Source of the DNA: a virus
Direction: 5' to 3' (one strand)
DNA: 64,000 nt
Virus record (IMG/VR): IMGVR_UViG_3300017917_002938
Span: 64,001 to 128,000 of that record
Positions 5,937 to 15,157 of this stretch are shown here, one piece after another. How positions within the stretch are numbered: position 1 is the stretch's first letter; each line of letters starts with the position of its first letter. The notes below the pieces were generated by a model. The model saw only the letters and a list, made by a program, of their open reading frames with translations, was not told the origin of the DNA and searched no databases. Made by a program: the position numbers and the translations under genes.

Positions 5937-6232
5937 AAAATACCATGTTTTTTAAGCACTTGATCTGTCTTCACTTCTTTAGTTGAACGTGATCTAGTTT
6001 TATCTGCAAGAGGAGATCTAGGATGGGCTTCCGATATCTTTGAAAGAACTTCTTTAAAGCCTTGATCGGTCCTGATACCTCCAACACCACTGACAATATT
6101 TAAAGCTTGATCAGGTGTAAAGAAGCGTTCTAGATTAGGATTATCTTTTACATACTGATCATATTCTGACATACGTAGAATAATTTCAGATGTTGCACCA
6201 GTCATCTTGTCACGGAATGCATAAGTTGGCAT
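5933..6232 (-). CDS. conserved T4-like hypothetical protein (MPTY start)
   Basis: ORF coupled to neighbours. Confidence 0.7.
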   Translation of the reverse strand: MPTYAFRDKMTGATSEIILRMSEYDQYVKDNPNLERFFTPDQALNIVSGVGGIRTDQGFKEVLSKISEAHPRSPLADKTRSRSTKEVKTDQVLKKHGIL

Positions 6233-6233
6233 A

Positions 6234-6458
6234 TTACTTTACTGGTTGTTTTTTTGGCTTACCTGGGCCTCTAGGTTTTGTAGTTCTTGGCTTAGATGCT
6301 TTTGCAACTACTGGTTTAGATTCCTCTACAGGTACAGAAACGGATTCTTGTACTAGAGGTTTGTTATTTACCTCTTCTACCTTTGCAGGTGCAGGCTCAG
6401 GTACCTTCGCTGCAGGGCTTCCGGTAAAAAATTGAGTTAAAACTTTAAAAAGATACAT
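6234..6458 (-). CDS. hypothetical Pro/Lys-rich protein
   Basis: ORF with SD AGGAG. Confidence 0.6.
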   Translation of the reverse strand: MYLFKVLTQFFTGSPAAKVPEPAPAKVEEVNNKPLVQESVSVPVEESKPVVAKASKPRTTKPRGPGKPKKQPVK

Positions 6459-6466
6459 TATAGCTC

Positions 6467-6649
6467 CTATTGTTCGTCGTACAACATCATTTTATTTATA
6501 TCTCTAGATCGTAATGCATTTTGAAAGTTTTTGTTTTGCTTTTGATGCAACTGAGTTTTTTTCTTTTTAAAATAATGGTGATTATTTTCACCAAACTCTA
6601 TAGCCATATCCTTTACGTGGCTTTTATGCTTCTTTTGCGTTTTGCTCAA
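6467..6649 (-). CDS. hypothetical basic protein
   Basis: ORF with SD GGAGG, TTG start. Confidence 0.6.
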   Translation of the reverse strand: MSKTQKKHKSHVKDMAIEFGENNHHYFKKKKTQLHQKQNKNFQNALRSRDINKMMLYDEQ

Positions 6650-7073
6650 TTTGCTCCTCCGTTAACAGCCCGGGAAAGGCCTGCCGAACGATTTTTTCGT
6701 TGATGTTTTTAAAGGGTAGTTTTTTGTCTTTTACTGCCACTAATAACTCCGCATCCTTTGAATCTATTGATTCTAAGAGTTGGAGAAAAAGCATCTCTCT
6801 CTTGACTTTGGTAAGGTTAGGATTACCACCTTCAACAAAGAGATACAATCTTCGAAGTTCTTGAAGAAGTCTACCTTCTTGATCTATTGCTTCTGTTGCC
6901 TTAAAGGGAGCAGGACCAGTAGGTAACAGAAATTTAATTGTAGGGTCAAATGCGTATTTGAGAATAGTCTGTAGAGGGGCGGAGTTATTTTCCTGTAAGA
7001 GGCGAACTCTATCTGTCGGGGTTTTGCCCTCAGAACATATTTTAAGTACTGTGTAAAGACTTGTAATTCTCAT
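6624..7073 (-). CDS. conserved T4-like hypothetical protein
   Basis: ORF downstream of rnh, KREMLFLQLLE motif. Confidence 0.75.
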   Translation of the reverse strand: MRITSLYTVLKICSEGKTPTDRVRLLQENNSAPLQTILKYAFDPTIKFLLPTGPAPFKATEAIDQEGRLLQELRRLYLFVEGGNPNLTKVKREMLFLQLLESIDSKDAELLVAVKDKKLPFKNINEKIVRQAFPGLLTEEQIEQNAKEA

Positions 7074-7921
7074 AAAAAATCATCCATTTTCTCAGAAAGG
7101 GAAACCAGTTTTAATTGCTCGAAGTATTCGAGTAGTTTATTAGGTTTGTTGGTTTGTTGTTCATATTCGCTAATAATTTTTTCTCTAATATTTTCTGGAG
7201 TGTAGTGAAGATCGATTAGCTCTTCGTTACGAATCCAGTTTCTAAGTAGGTCACCTTTAAAGTGCTCTCTGGGATTGACGATGTCAATATACTTTTCGAC
7301 ACGAAGAGGCTTTTGACGCTCTCCTTTAACAAGGCAGTCGTCTGATGAAAGAATATTAGGAATACCGTCACCTCGGTCACCTTTGAGAATAAGCTCTCTG
7401 GTGAACCGGATAGGGTCAGTGTGTACGATTTGTTTCTTACGTACTGGGTCATATTGCGATACATTACCGTAGACATGAAGTTGTGCGAAGTCTTTATCAC
7501 CCGATAGAATCATTATGTGTTCACCAGTATTTAGCATGTTACCAAACTTATGAACTAATGTAGCAATGACATCGTCTGCCTCTGCGCTCTCAACCTGAAT
7601 AACTCTATACGGAGAATAATCTTTGAGTTCGCCCTTGATCTTGGACAGCGTATTAAAAATGCTACTCCAATCGAGTTCTGATTTTTCTCTATCTTTTTTA
7701 CGGTTAGCTTTATAATAAGGAAAAGTTTTCTTACGCCATATGTTCTTATCATCACAAGCAATGATAAGATCACCGTAATCCTTATACTTTTTCTTCATGG
7801 CACGTATCTGATTCAGAACCATATGTCTGAACAGGCCTTCGTCGAATTTAATATCGGTATGATTTCCAATCTGTGCCATGTAGTTGGAAATCATTACCTG
7901 GTTTAGGTCTACTATAATCAT
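7070..7921 (-). CDS. rnh: T4-type RNase H / 5'-3' exonuclease
   Basis: IVDLNQ, YKANRK, EADD, SGDKDF, GDRGDGIPNI motifs. Confidence 0.92.
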   Translation of the reverse strand: MIIVDLNQVMISNYMAQIGNHTDIKFDEGLFRHMVLNQIRAMKKKYKDYGDLIIACDDKNIWRKKTFPYYKANRKKDREKSELDWSSIFNTLSKIKGELKDYSPYRVIQVESAEADDVIATLVHKFGNMLNTGEHIMILSGDKDFAQLHVYGNVSQYDPVRKKQIVHTDPIRFTRELILKGDRGDGIPNILSSDDCLVKGERQKPLRVEKYIDIVNPREHFKGDLLRNWIRNEELIDLHYTPENIREKIISEYEQQTNKPNKLLEYFEQLKLVSLSEKMDDFL

Positions 7922-7927
7922 AAGTTG

Positions 7928-7957
7928 ATTGTATGTGGTTCTTAAAATTAAATCAAC
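7928..7957 (-). promoter_or_regulatory. early-type promoter for rnh
   Basis: TTGATT-17-TACAAT; predicted start falls on the rnh ATG. Confidence 0.65.
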
Positions 7958-8581
7958 TTAATAAACTACCTTTGACATGTCTACTACTGGGTGAATGTTT
8001 TTGCGTCTGATCGTTTGCGCCATGGTGTGCATGATAGCTTGATGACTGTCCTCAACTATACCATAATTATTAGATTGTACGTGAAGTACTATGTCTGCTA
8101 GGTTTTTAGACTCACCGCCGTCAAACCCTACAAGAGCAATAGTATACATGTCCCGCGCTCTGGCTTGTTTAAGTGCCTTAATGATGTTAGGTGACTTACC
8201 ACTAGACGAAATAACTACCAAAATGTCCCCTTTATTGCCCAGGAAACTTAACTGCTTGCAGAAAACATCTTCATAAGATATATCATTAGCAATTGCTGAT
8301 ATGAGGGACATATTGCTTGACAGGCTGTGTAGCTTTGGAAAAAGCATAGTGCTATTATTTACGCCCTTCATGTGATCACACGTCATATGTTCAGCTATAG
8401 CAGCTGAACCTCCATTACCGCATACAAATATCTGTTTGCTGTTATGAGTAGCATCCTCAATCATGTTAGTAGCTATCTCATATGCTTCAGGGCTTATTGT
8501 GAGCAGCGCGTTGTGTAGTTGCTCAGCGTAGCTTGTAAGATAATTAAACGCCGGTAATTCAGAATCTAGTTGTTCCGTCAT
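7958..8581 (-). CDS. gmhA: D-sedoheptulose-7-phosphate isomerase (SIS domain)
   Basis: CGNGGSAA, AIAND, ISSSGKSPNI, EDSHQ; start reassigned to ATG 8581 with SD GAGGTG. Confidence 0.88.
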   Translation of the reverse strand: MTEQLDSELPAFNYLTSYAEQLHNALLTISPEAYEIATNMIEDATHNSKQIFVCGNGGSAAIAEHMTCDHMKGVNNSTMLFPKLHSLSSNMSLISAIANDISYEDVFCKQLSFLGNKGDILVVISSSGKSPNIIKALKQARARDMYTIALVGFDGGESKNLADIVLHVQSNNYGIVEDSHQAIMHTMAQTIRRKNIHPVVDMSKVVY

Positions 8582-9569
8582 CGTATACCACCTCTGCTCC
8601 TCTTTCTGTAAAATCAAAATTGCTAAACTCTTCATAAGAAGACATAGCTGCTTGCACGACGTGTCTCTTCTTGGGAGGTACATACAAAAGTAAAAACCCT
8701 CCTCCACCCGCACCAAGAATTTTGCCTCCAATTGCACCTGCTTTCAAAGCAGCAGAATACATTTTATCTATTTCAGGGTTGCTTATGTTGTTTGCTAGAG
8801 TTTTTTTAAATTGCCAGCTCACATCAAGCATTTTACCGAACTCGTCTAAATCAGCAGTTTCACTTTCAAGAATATCACGTGCATGGTGAGCAAAATCAAC
8901 CATACTTTTTAGACCGTTTCTTTTTTTCTTATCGTTCACTAACGTGTTGCCTTGTTTGGATAGAATATCGTTAGCTACTCTGGTTGTACCAGTGTAAAAA
9001 AGCATGAGGTTATCTCTTAGTCTTTGTGATCGTTCTGTACTGATAATAATCGGAGACACACTAACACTACCATCACTATTAAAAATATACTCATTCATAC
9101 CTCCAAAAGCTGCAGCATACTGATCTTGTTTACCGAGTATGTCTCCGCACATATTTCTTTCAATGTCATAGGCTGATTCGGCAACTTCAAATTCAGTCTC
9201 ACTCCAACCGTTCATAGCTCCTAAGGCTCTGCAAAGTGCTACAGTAAAGGTAGATGAAGAACCTAGACCAGTTCCTTTGGTAGGCATCTCACAAAAAGAC
9301 GCTACTTCAATACCTCTACTAATAGTATATTTTTTAAGAGTCTCTCGAATTCTATCATGTTGTAATTCGTTTAGATCTTCTACCGACTCAATTCTATCGT
9401 ATACGGCTTTAATATAGTTTTTAGGCGTTTTATTTACTACTAAGTACATGTACTTGTCTATAGCCACGCTTAGAGTACAGCCGGGTTGTTTTTCATTTTC
9501 ATAAAACTCCGGCATATCACTTCCGCCTCCAAAGAAACTAACTCTTAGAGGAGCTCTTACTACGATCAT
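8559..9569 (-). CDS. hddA: GHMP kinase, heptose-7-phosphate kinase-like
   Basis: APLRVSFFGGGSD, GTGLGSSS, GKQDQY, GAGGGG. Confidence 0.85.
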   Translation of the reverse strand: MIVVRAPLRVSFFGGGSDMPEFYENEKQPGCTLSVAIDKYMYLVVNKTPKNYIKAVYDRIESVEDLNELQHDRIRETLKKYTISRGIEVASFCEMPTKGTGLGSSSTFTVALCRALGAMNGWSETEFEVAESAYDIERNMCGDILGKQDQYAAAFGGMNEYIFNSDGSVSVSPIIISTERSQRLRDNLMLFYTGTTRVANDILSKQGNTLVNDKKKRNGLKSMVDFAHHARDILESETADLDEFGKMLDVSWQFKKTLANNISNPEIDKMYSAALKAGAIGGKILGAGGGGFLLLYVPPKKRHVVQAAMSSYEEFSNFDFTERGAEVVYDDGTTRF

Positions 9570-10582
9570 TGAGTTAGCGCCCTTTGCGTATCATATACGA
9601 ACGTTGGTGCAGTAGGTATCTTCCTAGAGTCAACAGTCGGATGTTTGGCTTTTAACCCGTTTAATAGATCTGACCATTGAGCAGATATCTTGTTCCAATT
9701 GAATCGAGTGTCAGCGTAGGCTTTTTGAAGTACCAAGTAATTACGGATTGATTCTTCTTTTACAATTGAAATAGCGTGATCTAATGCATGATAGAAGATA
9801 TTTGCATGCTCGTTTTTATCGGTAGATCCCTGATATTGAAAAGTCATGTTACCAGATGTGTCGATTAATCCACCCCAGCTAGGATGTACGCAGAATAGTT
9901 CAGCTGACATAGCCTCAATCAAGCTACGAGAATTACATTCTAACCAAGTAGATGGGTATGCAAATATATGACTTTTTGCAACTTGAGCTCTAACAACCTC
10001 GTTAGGTTGAAACCCGTGGTAGGTCATTTGTGGGTGATTACGAATTTTTTCGTACAAGGCTTCGTAATTTTTATCTGCCTCTTCCCATCCGTAGATTTTA
10101 AAACTAGAAAATACATGCAGATGAATATTCTTGTGCTTCTCTGCTAGTTTTTCAAATACTGGTACTAAAATATCAAGCCCACGTTGAGGGGTAGACGTAT
10201 AGATTAGATTAATTACGTCGTCGGGTTTGGTAAGCTCTTCCGTCTTAAAAATCTCAATCGGAGTTTCAATCACCTGACATGTAGAGTCGTATGGCACTCC
10301 TAAAAAGTCACGGTATCGATTGTATTGCCAATTACCGCAAAAAACTAACTTATGAAAACGCATTCGACTGTTAATATCTTTCAAGTGATTACACTCTGGG
10401 TCTTCTGGTAGGTCGTGTAACCAGTAGATACGAATTTTATCGTTTTCTATTTCTCTTACTCGAGAGCATATGATTTGGAAATCATCTGCTAGACCTTCAG
10501 GTAAACGTTCTGCTAGTTGACGTTTAACAGTCTCAGTTCCTCCTTGACTGTTCTTACTAATTTCGTTTTCTTCAAACGGCAT
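9566..10582 (-). CDS. glycosyltransferase (GT-B, GT4-like)
   Basis: GGTE N-terminus, YTSTPQRGL, AYPS..E...SLIEAM. Confidence 0.85.
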   Translation of the reverse strand: MPFEENEISKNSQGGTETVKRQLAERLPEGLADDFQIICSRVREIENDKIRIYWLHDLPEDPECNHLKDINSRMRFHKLVFCGNWQYNRYRDFLGVPYDSTCQVIETPIEIFKTEELTKPDDVINLIYTSTPQRGLDILVPVFEKLAEKHKNIHLHVFSSFKIYGWEEADKNYEALYEKIRNHPQMTYHGFQPNEVVRAQVAKSHIFAYPSTWLECNSRSLIEAMSAELFCVHPSWGGLIDTSGNMTFQYQGSTDKNEHANIFYHALDHAISIVKEESIRNYLVLQKAYADTRFNWNKISAQWSDLLNGLKAKHPTVDSRKIPTAPTFVYDTQRALTQ

Positions 10583-11549
10583 CTTTTTCTCCAGCTTTTT
10601 GTTGATAATAATTCCAAGCACTTTCAATAATACCCTCTAGGTGATCATTATAGCTAAAATTCATTTCTTTTGCAAATAACGACCCGTCTGCTACAAGATG
10701 AGGTGGGTCGCCCGGCCTTGAAGGTTGTGCATGAACTACTATGGTCTTACCGGTTACTTTCTCAAATACTTCTTTTAATTTCTTGACCGATACACCATTG
10801 GATGTTCCTAGATTGTAGGTGTTGTGGATTGAGGGTAGAGGTGTTTCAACTGCTAGCATATGTGCTTCACAAATATCATGTACGTCAATGTAGTCTCTTG
10901 TACATGTACCATCAGGTGTTTCTGCTAGATCGGTACCATACACGTTAAAAGGCTCATCATAGTATGCAGCATGACATAGCTTTTGTAATACGTGAGAAGA
11001 GTCTAAATGATCACCACAATCTTCATCAGCACCTACTACATTAAAATATCTGAATACACAGGTAGGTATGTGATACGCATGTGATAATTCTTCTAGCACT
11101 GATTCAGCTATTAGTTTACTTCTACCGTAGGGATGAGGTGGAGCTAATGGGTGTTCTTCATTAATTAATTCAGACGTCTTACCGTAAACACCTGCAGTAG
11201 ATGAAAATACAAACTTACCTCGCCAACCAGACCGTAATAAATTATGAAACAAAGATATAGTTTGAGCAGAATTGTAAAAGTAATAGGATGCGGGTGCTCT
11301 AAAACTATCCGGTACGTTGGCTAATGCTGCTAGATGAAATACATTCTCAACTTCATAGGTTTTGCATGATGCTAGAAAAGATTCATCCTGTACATCACAA
11401 TAGTGTAAGAAGTCGACGTACTTATTAGCACGTCTATTTGTATCATGATCTACACCTATAACAATGCATTCAGGATATTTTTTCTTAACATGCTTGGCTA
11501 GCACTTTACCAATATATCCATTACATCCTGTTATCAATACTGATTTCAT
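10572..11549 (-). CDS. galE: NAD-dependent epimerase, UDP-glucose 4-epimerase-like
   Basis: TGCNGYIG, FSSTA, YGRSK, RYFNV, RDYID. Confidence 0.85.
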   Translation of the reverse strand: MKSVLITGCNGYIGKVLAKHVKKKYPECIVIGVDHDTNRRANKYVDFLHYCDVQDESFLASCKTYEVENVFHLAALANVPDSFRAPASYYFYNSAQTISLFHNLLRSGWRGKFVFSSTAGVYGKTSELINEEHPLAPPHPYGRSKLIAESVLEELSHAYHIPTCVFRYFNVVGADEDCGDHLDSSHVLQKLCHAAYYDEPFNVYGTDLAETPDGTCTRDYIDVHDICEAHMLAVETPLPSIHNTYNLGTSNGVSVKKLKEVFEKVTGKTIVVHAQPSRPGDPPHLVADGSLFAKEMNFSYNDHLEGIIESAWNYYQQKAGEKDAV

Positions 11550-11956
11550 TGATTGTCCTTAATTCTATTTCTTAGTTCAGTCGTACTAAATCCATGATCT
11601 CGTTTATTGTAAACTATATCGATCATTTTATCCATACAAAAGTTTTTACCAGTGAAGTCCCTACCAACATAATCATCTCCTACAAATCTGACGTTAACGT
11701 CGCGTGAGCTTAGTATTTGAACAATCTCATGCTCGTAAGCATAAGGAATCACCTCATCAATGTACTTGATGGCTGATAGTTGAACGTATCGTTCATAGAG
11801 GGACTGTACGGGGGTGTTTTTTGTATCCCGTTCGAGTGCGGGATTGACTTGCAGGCCTGCAATCAGGTAATCACAATTACGTTTGCATTCAGCAAACATT
11901 AGAACATGACCGGCGTGACAAAGATCAAATGCACCAAAAGTAATACCAATTTTCAT
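11546..11956 (-). CDS. HxGH nucleotidyltransferase (TagD/RfaE C-terminal-like)
   Basis: GAFDLCHAGH, GDDY, FSTT. Confidence 0.85.
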   Translation of the reverse strand: MKIGITFGAFDLCHAGHVLMFAECKRNCDYLIAGLQVNPALERDTKNTPVQSLYERYVQLSAIKYIDEVIPYAYEHEIVQILSSRDVNVRFVGDDYVGRDFTGKNFCMDKMIDIVYNKRDHGFSTTELRNRIKDNQ

Positions 11957-11957
11957 A

Positions 11958-12236
11958 TTAAATATCAAACTTAACTTGTGTAATACTATCTAGGCGGAAT
12001 GATCTCCAGGATTCTTTTTCTAGATCATATACCGGTAAAGTTTCCTCACTAACTACTCGCTTTTTTTCAGAGGTAGATTCGGAAGGAATATTGATCATTA
12101 AATCTTCTTTCAACGTACAGCTCATTACTCTCTCTGTACCATCTTTTTTAGTGAATGTAATCTCCACCGGGCCCATTTTTAACATATCGGTAAGCCACTT
12201 ACGACCTTCAGGTGTATTAAATTCGTTTGATGTCAT
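11958..12236 (-). CDS. WYL/SH3-like beta-barrel protein
   Basis: FTKKDGTERVMSCTL ... YDLEKESWRSFR. Confidence 0.75.
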   Translation of the reverse strand: MTSNEFNTPEGRKWLTDMLKMGPVEITFTKKDGTERVMSCTLKEDLMINIPSESTSEKKRVVSEETLPVYDLEKESWRSFRLDSITQVKFDI

Positions 12237-12251
12237 AATATTGTATTCCAT

Positions 12252-12280
12252 AAAAAGAGAGGGGCGCAAAGCCCCTCTTA
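12252..12280 (-). terminator. intrinsic terminator
   Basis: AAGAGGGGC-TTTGC-GCCCCTCTC then T-run. Confidence 0.75.
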
Positions 12281-12311
12281 AAGACCCACTCGAGGGGATT
12301 AGGTTCTTAGA

Positions 12312-12563
12312 TTAGAGACCTAGAGCGAGTGCACGGTAACCAGCAGCAATTACGCTACGTGAAGGAGTACCTAGACGGTACTTGTTAGTTACGCGACCTT
12401 TAGTATCTACATGACGGTTCAAGTAGATTGGTAGCCCGTCTTCCATACGAAGGTTAGAAACAACCTTTGAAGGAGATGCAATATTGAACTGTGCCTTGAT
12501 CTGCTTAGCAGTCAGTTGTTGACCGTTAAAAAATGCCTTGCGCAGTTTAGCTTTCTGAGTCAT
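12312..12563 (-). CDS. small winged-helix-like hypothetical protein
   Basis: ORF with SD and own promoter at 12607-12635 (TGGATT-17-TACAAT). Confidence 0.7.
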   Translation of the reverse strand: MTQKAKLRKAFFNGQQLTAKQIKAQFNIASPSKVVSNLRMEDGLPIYLNRHVDTKGRVTNKYRLGTPSRSVIAAGYRALALGL

Positions 12564-12647
12564 AATATTCCTTTCAAGTTAAAAAATGTCGACTAACGAC
12601 TCTATAATTGTAAACAAACTAATAATCGAAATCCACTCCACCTGAAC

Positions 12648-12833
12648 TTATCCTACTTTCTGAATTGTGTAGGATTCTTTGGCGCATTTAATAGTGCGAT
12701 TGTTAACTTGCAAAACGTAGTAAGCCCTACCTTCAATGGTATCTTCATTAATAATATCACCTTTGATGGTTTCGCTATTGTAGCGATTCTTTAACGTGAC
12801 ATTAAATACACGTTTAAAAGTATGCTTTTTCAT
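12648..12833 (-). CDS. hypothetical protein
   Basis: ORF coupled to RuvC-like gene. Confidence 0.6.
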   Translation of the reverse strand: MKKHTFKRVFNVTLKNRYNSETIKGDIINEDTIEGRAYYVLQVNNRTIKCAKESYTIQKVG

Positions 12834-13378
12834 TTTGAATAAGTTAGTCCAGCTTTTATTACAAAGTAGCTATCGATTACGTCAGATACAGGATTTGATA
12901 CTGACCTTGATAATTGTAATCTATCTCTTATGTTAAATCCAGTTTCCTGAATGAACATTTGTTCCATGACTTCTTTTTTAGAGTTACCCTTACCGGTAGC
13001 TGCTTTTTTTACGACTGTCGGAGGAATGGTAGTATAGGTTACGTTACTTTTCCACAAGTTGTATTTTAGTATTCCACAGTTCTCAGCAATATTAAATACT
13101 CTCCCTGTTGATGCAAAGGAATAATCTTCGATAAAGATATGTTCAGGGGAATGTTCGTAAAGTAGGTTTAGTATCCACGTAGAGATAAAATGATATCTCA
13201 TCATGTCGTTACTTTCATAGTCTTCGATCATAGTACCCTCTAGTTGACCGAAAACACCTTGTAATTTTTTTTGTTTTGTTAGGTAATAAAATTTACAACC
13301 ATTAAAGTTAAACTCATCACCCTCAAAATAACATACTGCTGGAGATGTTAGAGATAGATCAATTCCTAAAACCTTCAT
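12830..13378 (-). CDS. RuvC-like Holliday junction resolvase
   Basis: LGIDLS, FIEDY, VKKAATGKGNSKKE, DVIDS. Confidence 0.8.
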   Translation of the reverse strand: MKVLGIDLSLTSPAVCYFEGDEFNFNGCKFYYLTKQKKLQGVFGQLEGTMIEDYESNDMMRYHFISTWILNLLYEHSPEHIFIEDYSFASTGRVFNIAENCGILKYNLWKSNVTYTTIPPTVVKKAATGKGNSKKEVMEQMFIQETGFNIRDRLQLSRSVSNPVSDVIDSYFVIKAGLTYSK

Positions 13379-13529
13379 TATCATCTTCTCCTATTTCATC
13401 ACCATCTTCATCAAATTCAATTACAACATCAGATCCACAATAAGGGCAAAACGCCACTACATCCTCTGTTTCATGTAATGATATTACGTCAAATTCTGCA
13501 TCACATTCGTAACAATGAATTATGTCCAT
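13359..13529 (-). CDS. 56-aa acidic zinc-ribbon protein
   Basis: Manual translation MDIIHCYECD...FCPYCG...; SD GAGG. Confidence 0.7.
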   Translation of the reverse strand: MDIIHCYECDAEFDVISLHETEDVVAFCPYCGSDVVIEFDEDGDEIGEDDNEGFRN

Positions 13530-14011
13530 GTTTTTTCCTCTAGTTGAGTTACTGTTAATCCCGCACTATGTAGCAACTGTATACCAGATTCATCCCTATA
13601 GTTAGATCCATAATATACTCTTTTGATCCCTGATTGAAGGATTAGTTTAGAACATTCTACACAGGGAGCATGTGTGATAAAGATATCTGCTCCATCTGAA
13701 CTATTATTTGTGCGGGCTAATTTGGCTATGGCATTTGCTTCTGCGTGTATTACTTCAGGTTTTGTTTTTAAATTAAAAGGTTTACCGTCTGAATCCTCAT
13801 ACTGCCATTCTTTATTATTAATGTTCCATTCGTTGGCATACTCTCTATCTTCACACTCATTATCCATACCTGAAGGCATGCCGTTATACCCAAATGATAT
13901 TATATTGTGATCTTTTACGATCACGGCACCTACTTTAAGTCTTTGGGCATGAGATAAAAAAGAGGTGGACTTGGCCACCTCCATAAAAAACTTTAAAAAT
14001 TTAAATTTCAT
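13520..14011 (-). CDS. cd: dCMP deaminase
   Basis: GYNG, HAEANA, PCVEC. Confidence 0.92.
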   Translation of the reverse strand: MKFKFLKFFMEVAKSTSFLSHAQRLKVGAVIVKDHNIISFGYNGMPSGMDNECEDREYANEWNINNKEWQYEDSDGKPFNLKTKPEVIHAEANAIAKLARTNNSSDGADIFITHAPCVECSKLILQSGIKRVYYGSNYRDESGIQLLHSAGLTVTQLEEKTWT

Positions 14012-14247
14012 CTTACAATTAAAAGTAATGCTTTTGCACAGTCAATAATGTATTGTTTTGTTTCATCATCTTCTAAAATTTCGCCGTTAGCTCTAATATC
14101 TCTTATTTGTTGAATATTAAAAACAAATTCTTCGCTATTGATAATACCTTTTCTAAAGGACTCAGCGGTATCGAGTAAGTCTTTAGCAAGATTTGCGGCA
14201 GGAGTTGAACCTTCAGCGCGAGATTTTAATTCTTCATAAAATGACAT
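14008..14247 (-). CDS. hypothetical protein
   Basis: ORF coupled to neighbours. Confidence 0.65.
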   Translation of the reverse strand: MSFYEELKSRAEGSTPAANLAKDLLDTAESFRKGIINSEEFVFNIQQIRDIRANGEILEDDETKQYIIDCAKALLLIVR

Positions 14248-14250
14248 AAT

Positions 14251-14445
14251 TTAGTCCTTACGATTTGATTTCTTAAAATAACTACACCATCCGTCTGGAG
14301 ATATGACACCAGATACTGCGGAACATCCATTGGGAGGTCTCCACATTGTGCATTCCGAGCAGTGCTCACTACCCTTAGGTTTTGACTGATATTTTGCTTC
14401 TACCTTAGAGTCTTTTTCTTCGTTAAATTGAGTGTATGATTTCAT
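14251..14445 (-). CDS. HiPIP-like [4Fe-4S] protein with capsid-targeting-like N-terminus
   Basis: YQ...C-x2-C-x8-C-x12-C ending GWC; N-term MKSYTQFNEE. Confidence 0.75.
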   Translation of the reverse strand: MKSYTQFNEEKDSKVEAKYQSKPKGSEHCSECTMWRPPNGCSAVSGVISPDGWCSYFKKSNRKD

Positions 14446-14449
14446 TATA

Positions 14450-15157
14450 TCATCTTTCTATAATTTTTGCAAGTCCTAATTTTTTAAATAATGACAGCCA
14501 AAACCATCCTATGTCAATCTCCCACCACTTCTGCGACAGCTTTGGATTAGCTGGAGAACTGTGATGATTGTTATGTAGTTCCTCACCACCAATTAACAAA
14601 CCGAAAGGTATAATGTTAGTAGATTTATCTTTTGTATCGGTATTCCTATAACCAAACCAATGTCCTACACCGTTTACGACGCCAGCAGCCCAGAACGGAA
14701 TCCATATCATTTGAATGCCCCAGATCAAGGCACCAATCCAACCAAAGAGGGCGAGGTTGAGCAAAAGGAGAATGCCAACGCCAAGTCTGGAGTGAGGAGT
14801 GTATACGTTGTGCTCCACCCAATCAGAAGGAGTACCACGGCCATATGAATTAACCATATCTTTATCTTTTGCTGCTTCATGATACAAAAACGCTCCTTTG
14901 AACAATACTGTTTTTATACCAAACAAAACCGGGGAGTGTGGGTCTCCCTCAACATCGGTTTTTTGGTGGTGCTTACGGTGAACTGCTACCCACTCTTTCG
15001 TTATTTGCCCTGTGGTGAGCCAAAGCCAGAACCTCATAAAGTGTTCAAGTGGTTTTGAAAACTCAATACCCATATGGGCTTGACCTCTATGCAAGAATAG
15101 AGTAACACACACAATAGTAATGTGTGTACATACGAGTAGGTAAATTAGTTCTGTCAA
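14450..15157 (-). CDS. membrane fatty-acid desaturase (delta-9 type)
   Basis: His boxes HRGQAH, HRKHH, HNNHH; GDPHSP; likely TTG start overlapping nrdB stop. Confidence 0.9.
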   Translation of the reverse strand: MTELIYLLVCTHITIVCVTLFLHRGQAHMGIEFSKPLEHFMRFWLWLTTGQITKEWVAVHRKHHQKTDVEGDPHSPVLFGIKTVLFKGAFLYHEAAKDKDMVNSYGRGTPSDWVEHNVYTPHSRLGVGILLLLNLALFGWIGALIWGIQMIWIPFWAAGVVNGVGHWFGYRNTDTKDKSTNIIPFGLLIGGEELHNNHHSSPANPKLSQKWWEIDIGWFWLSLFKKLGLAKIIER

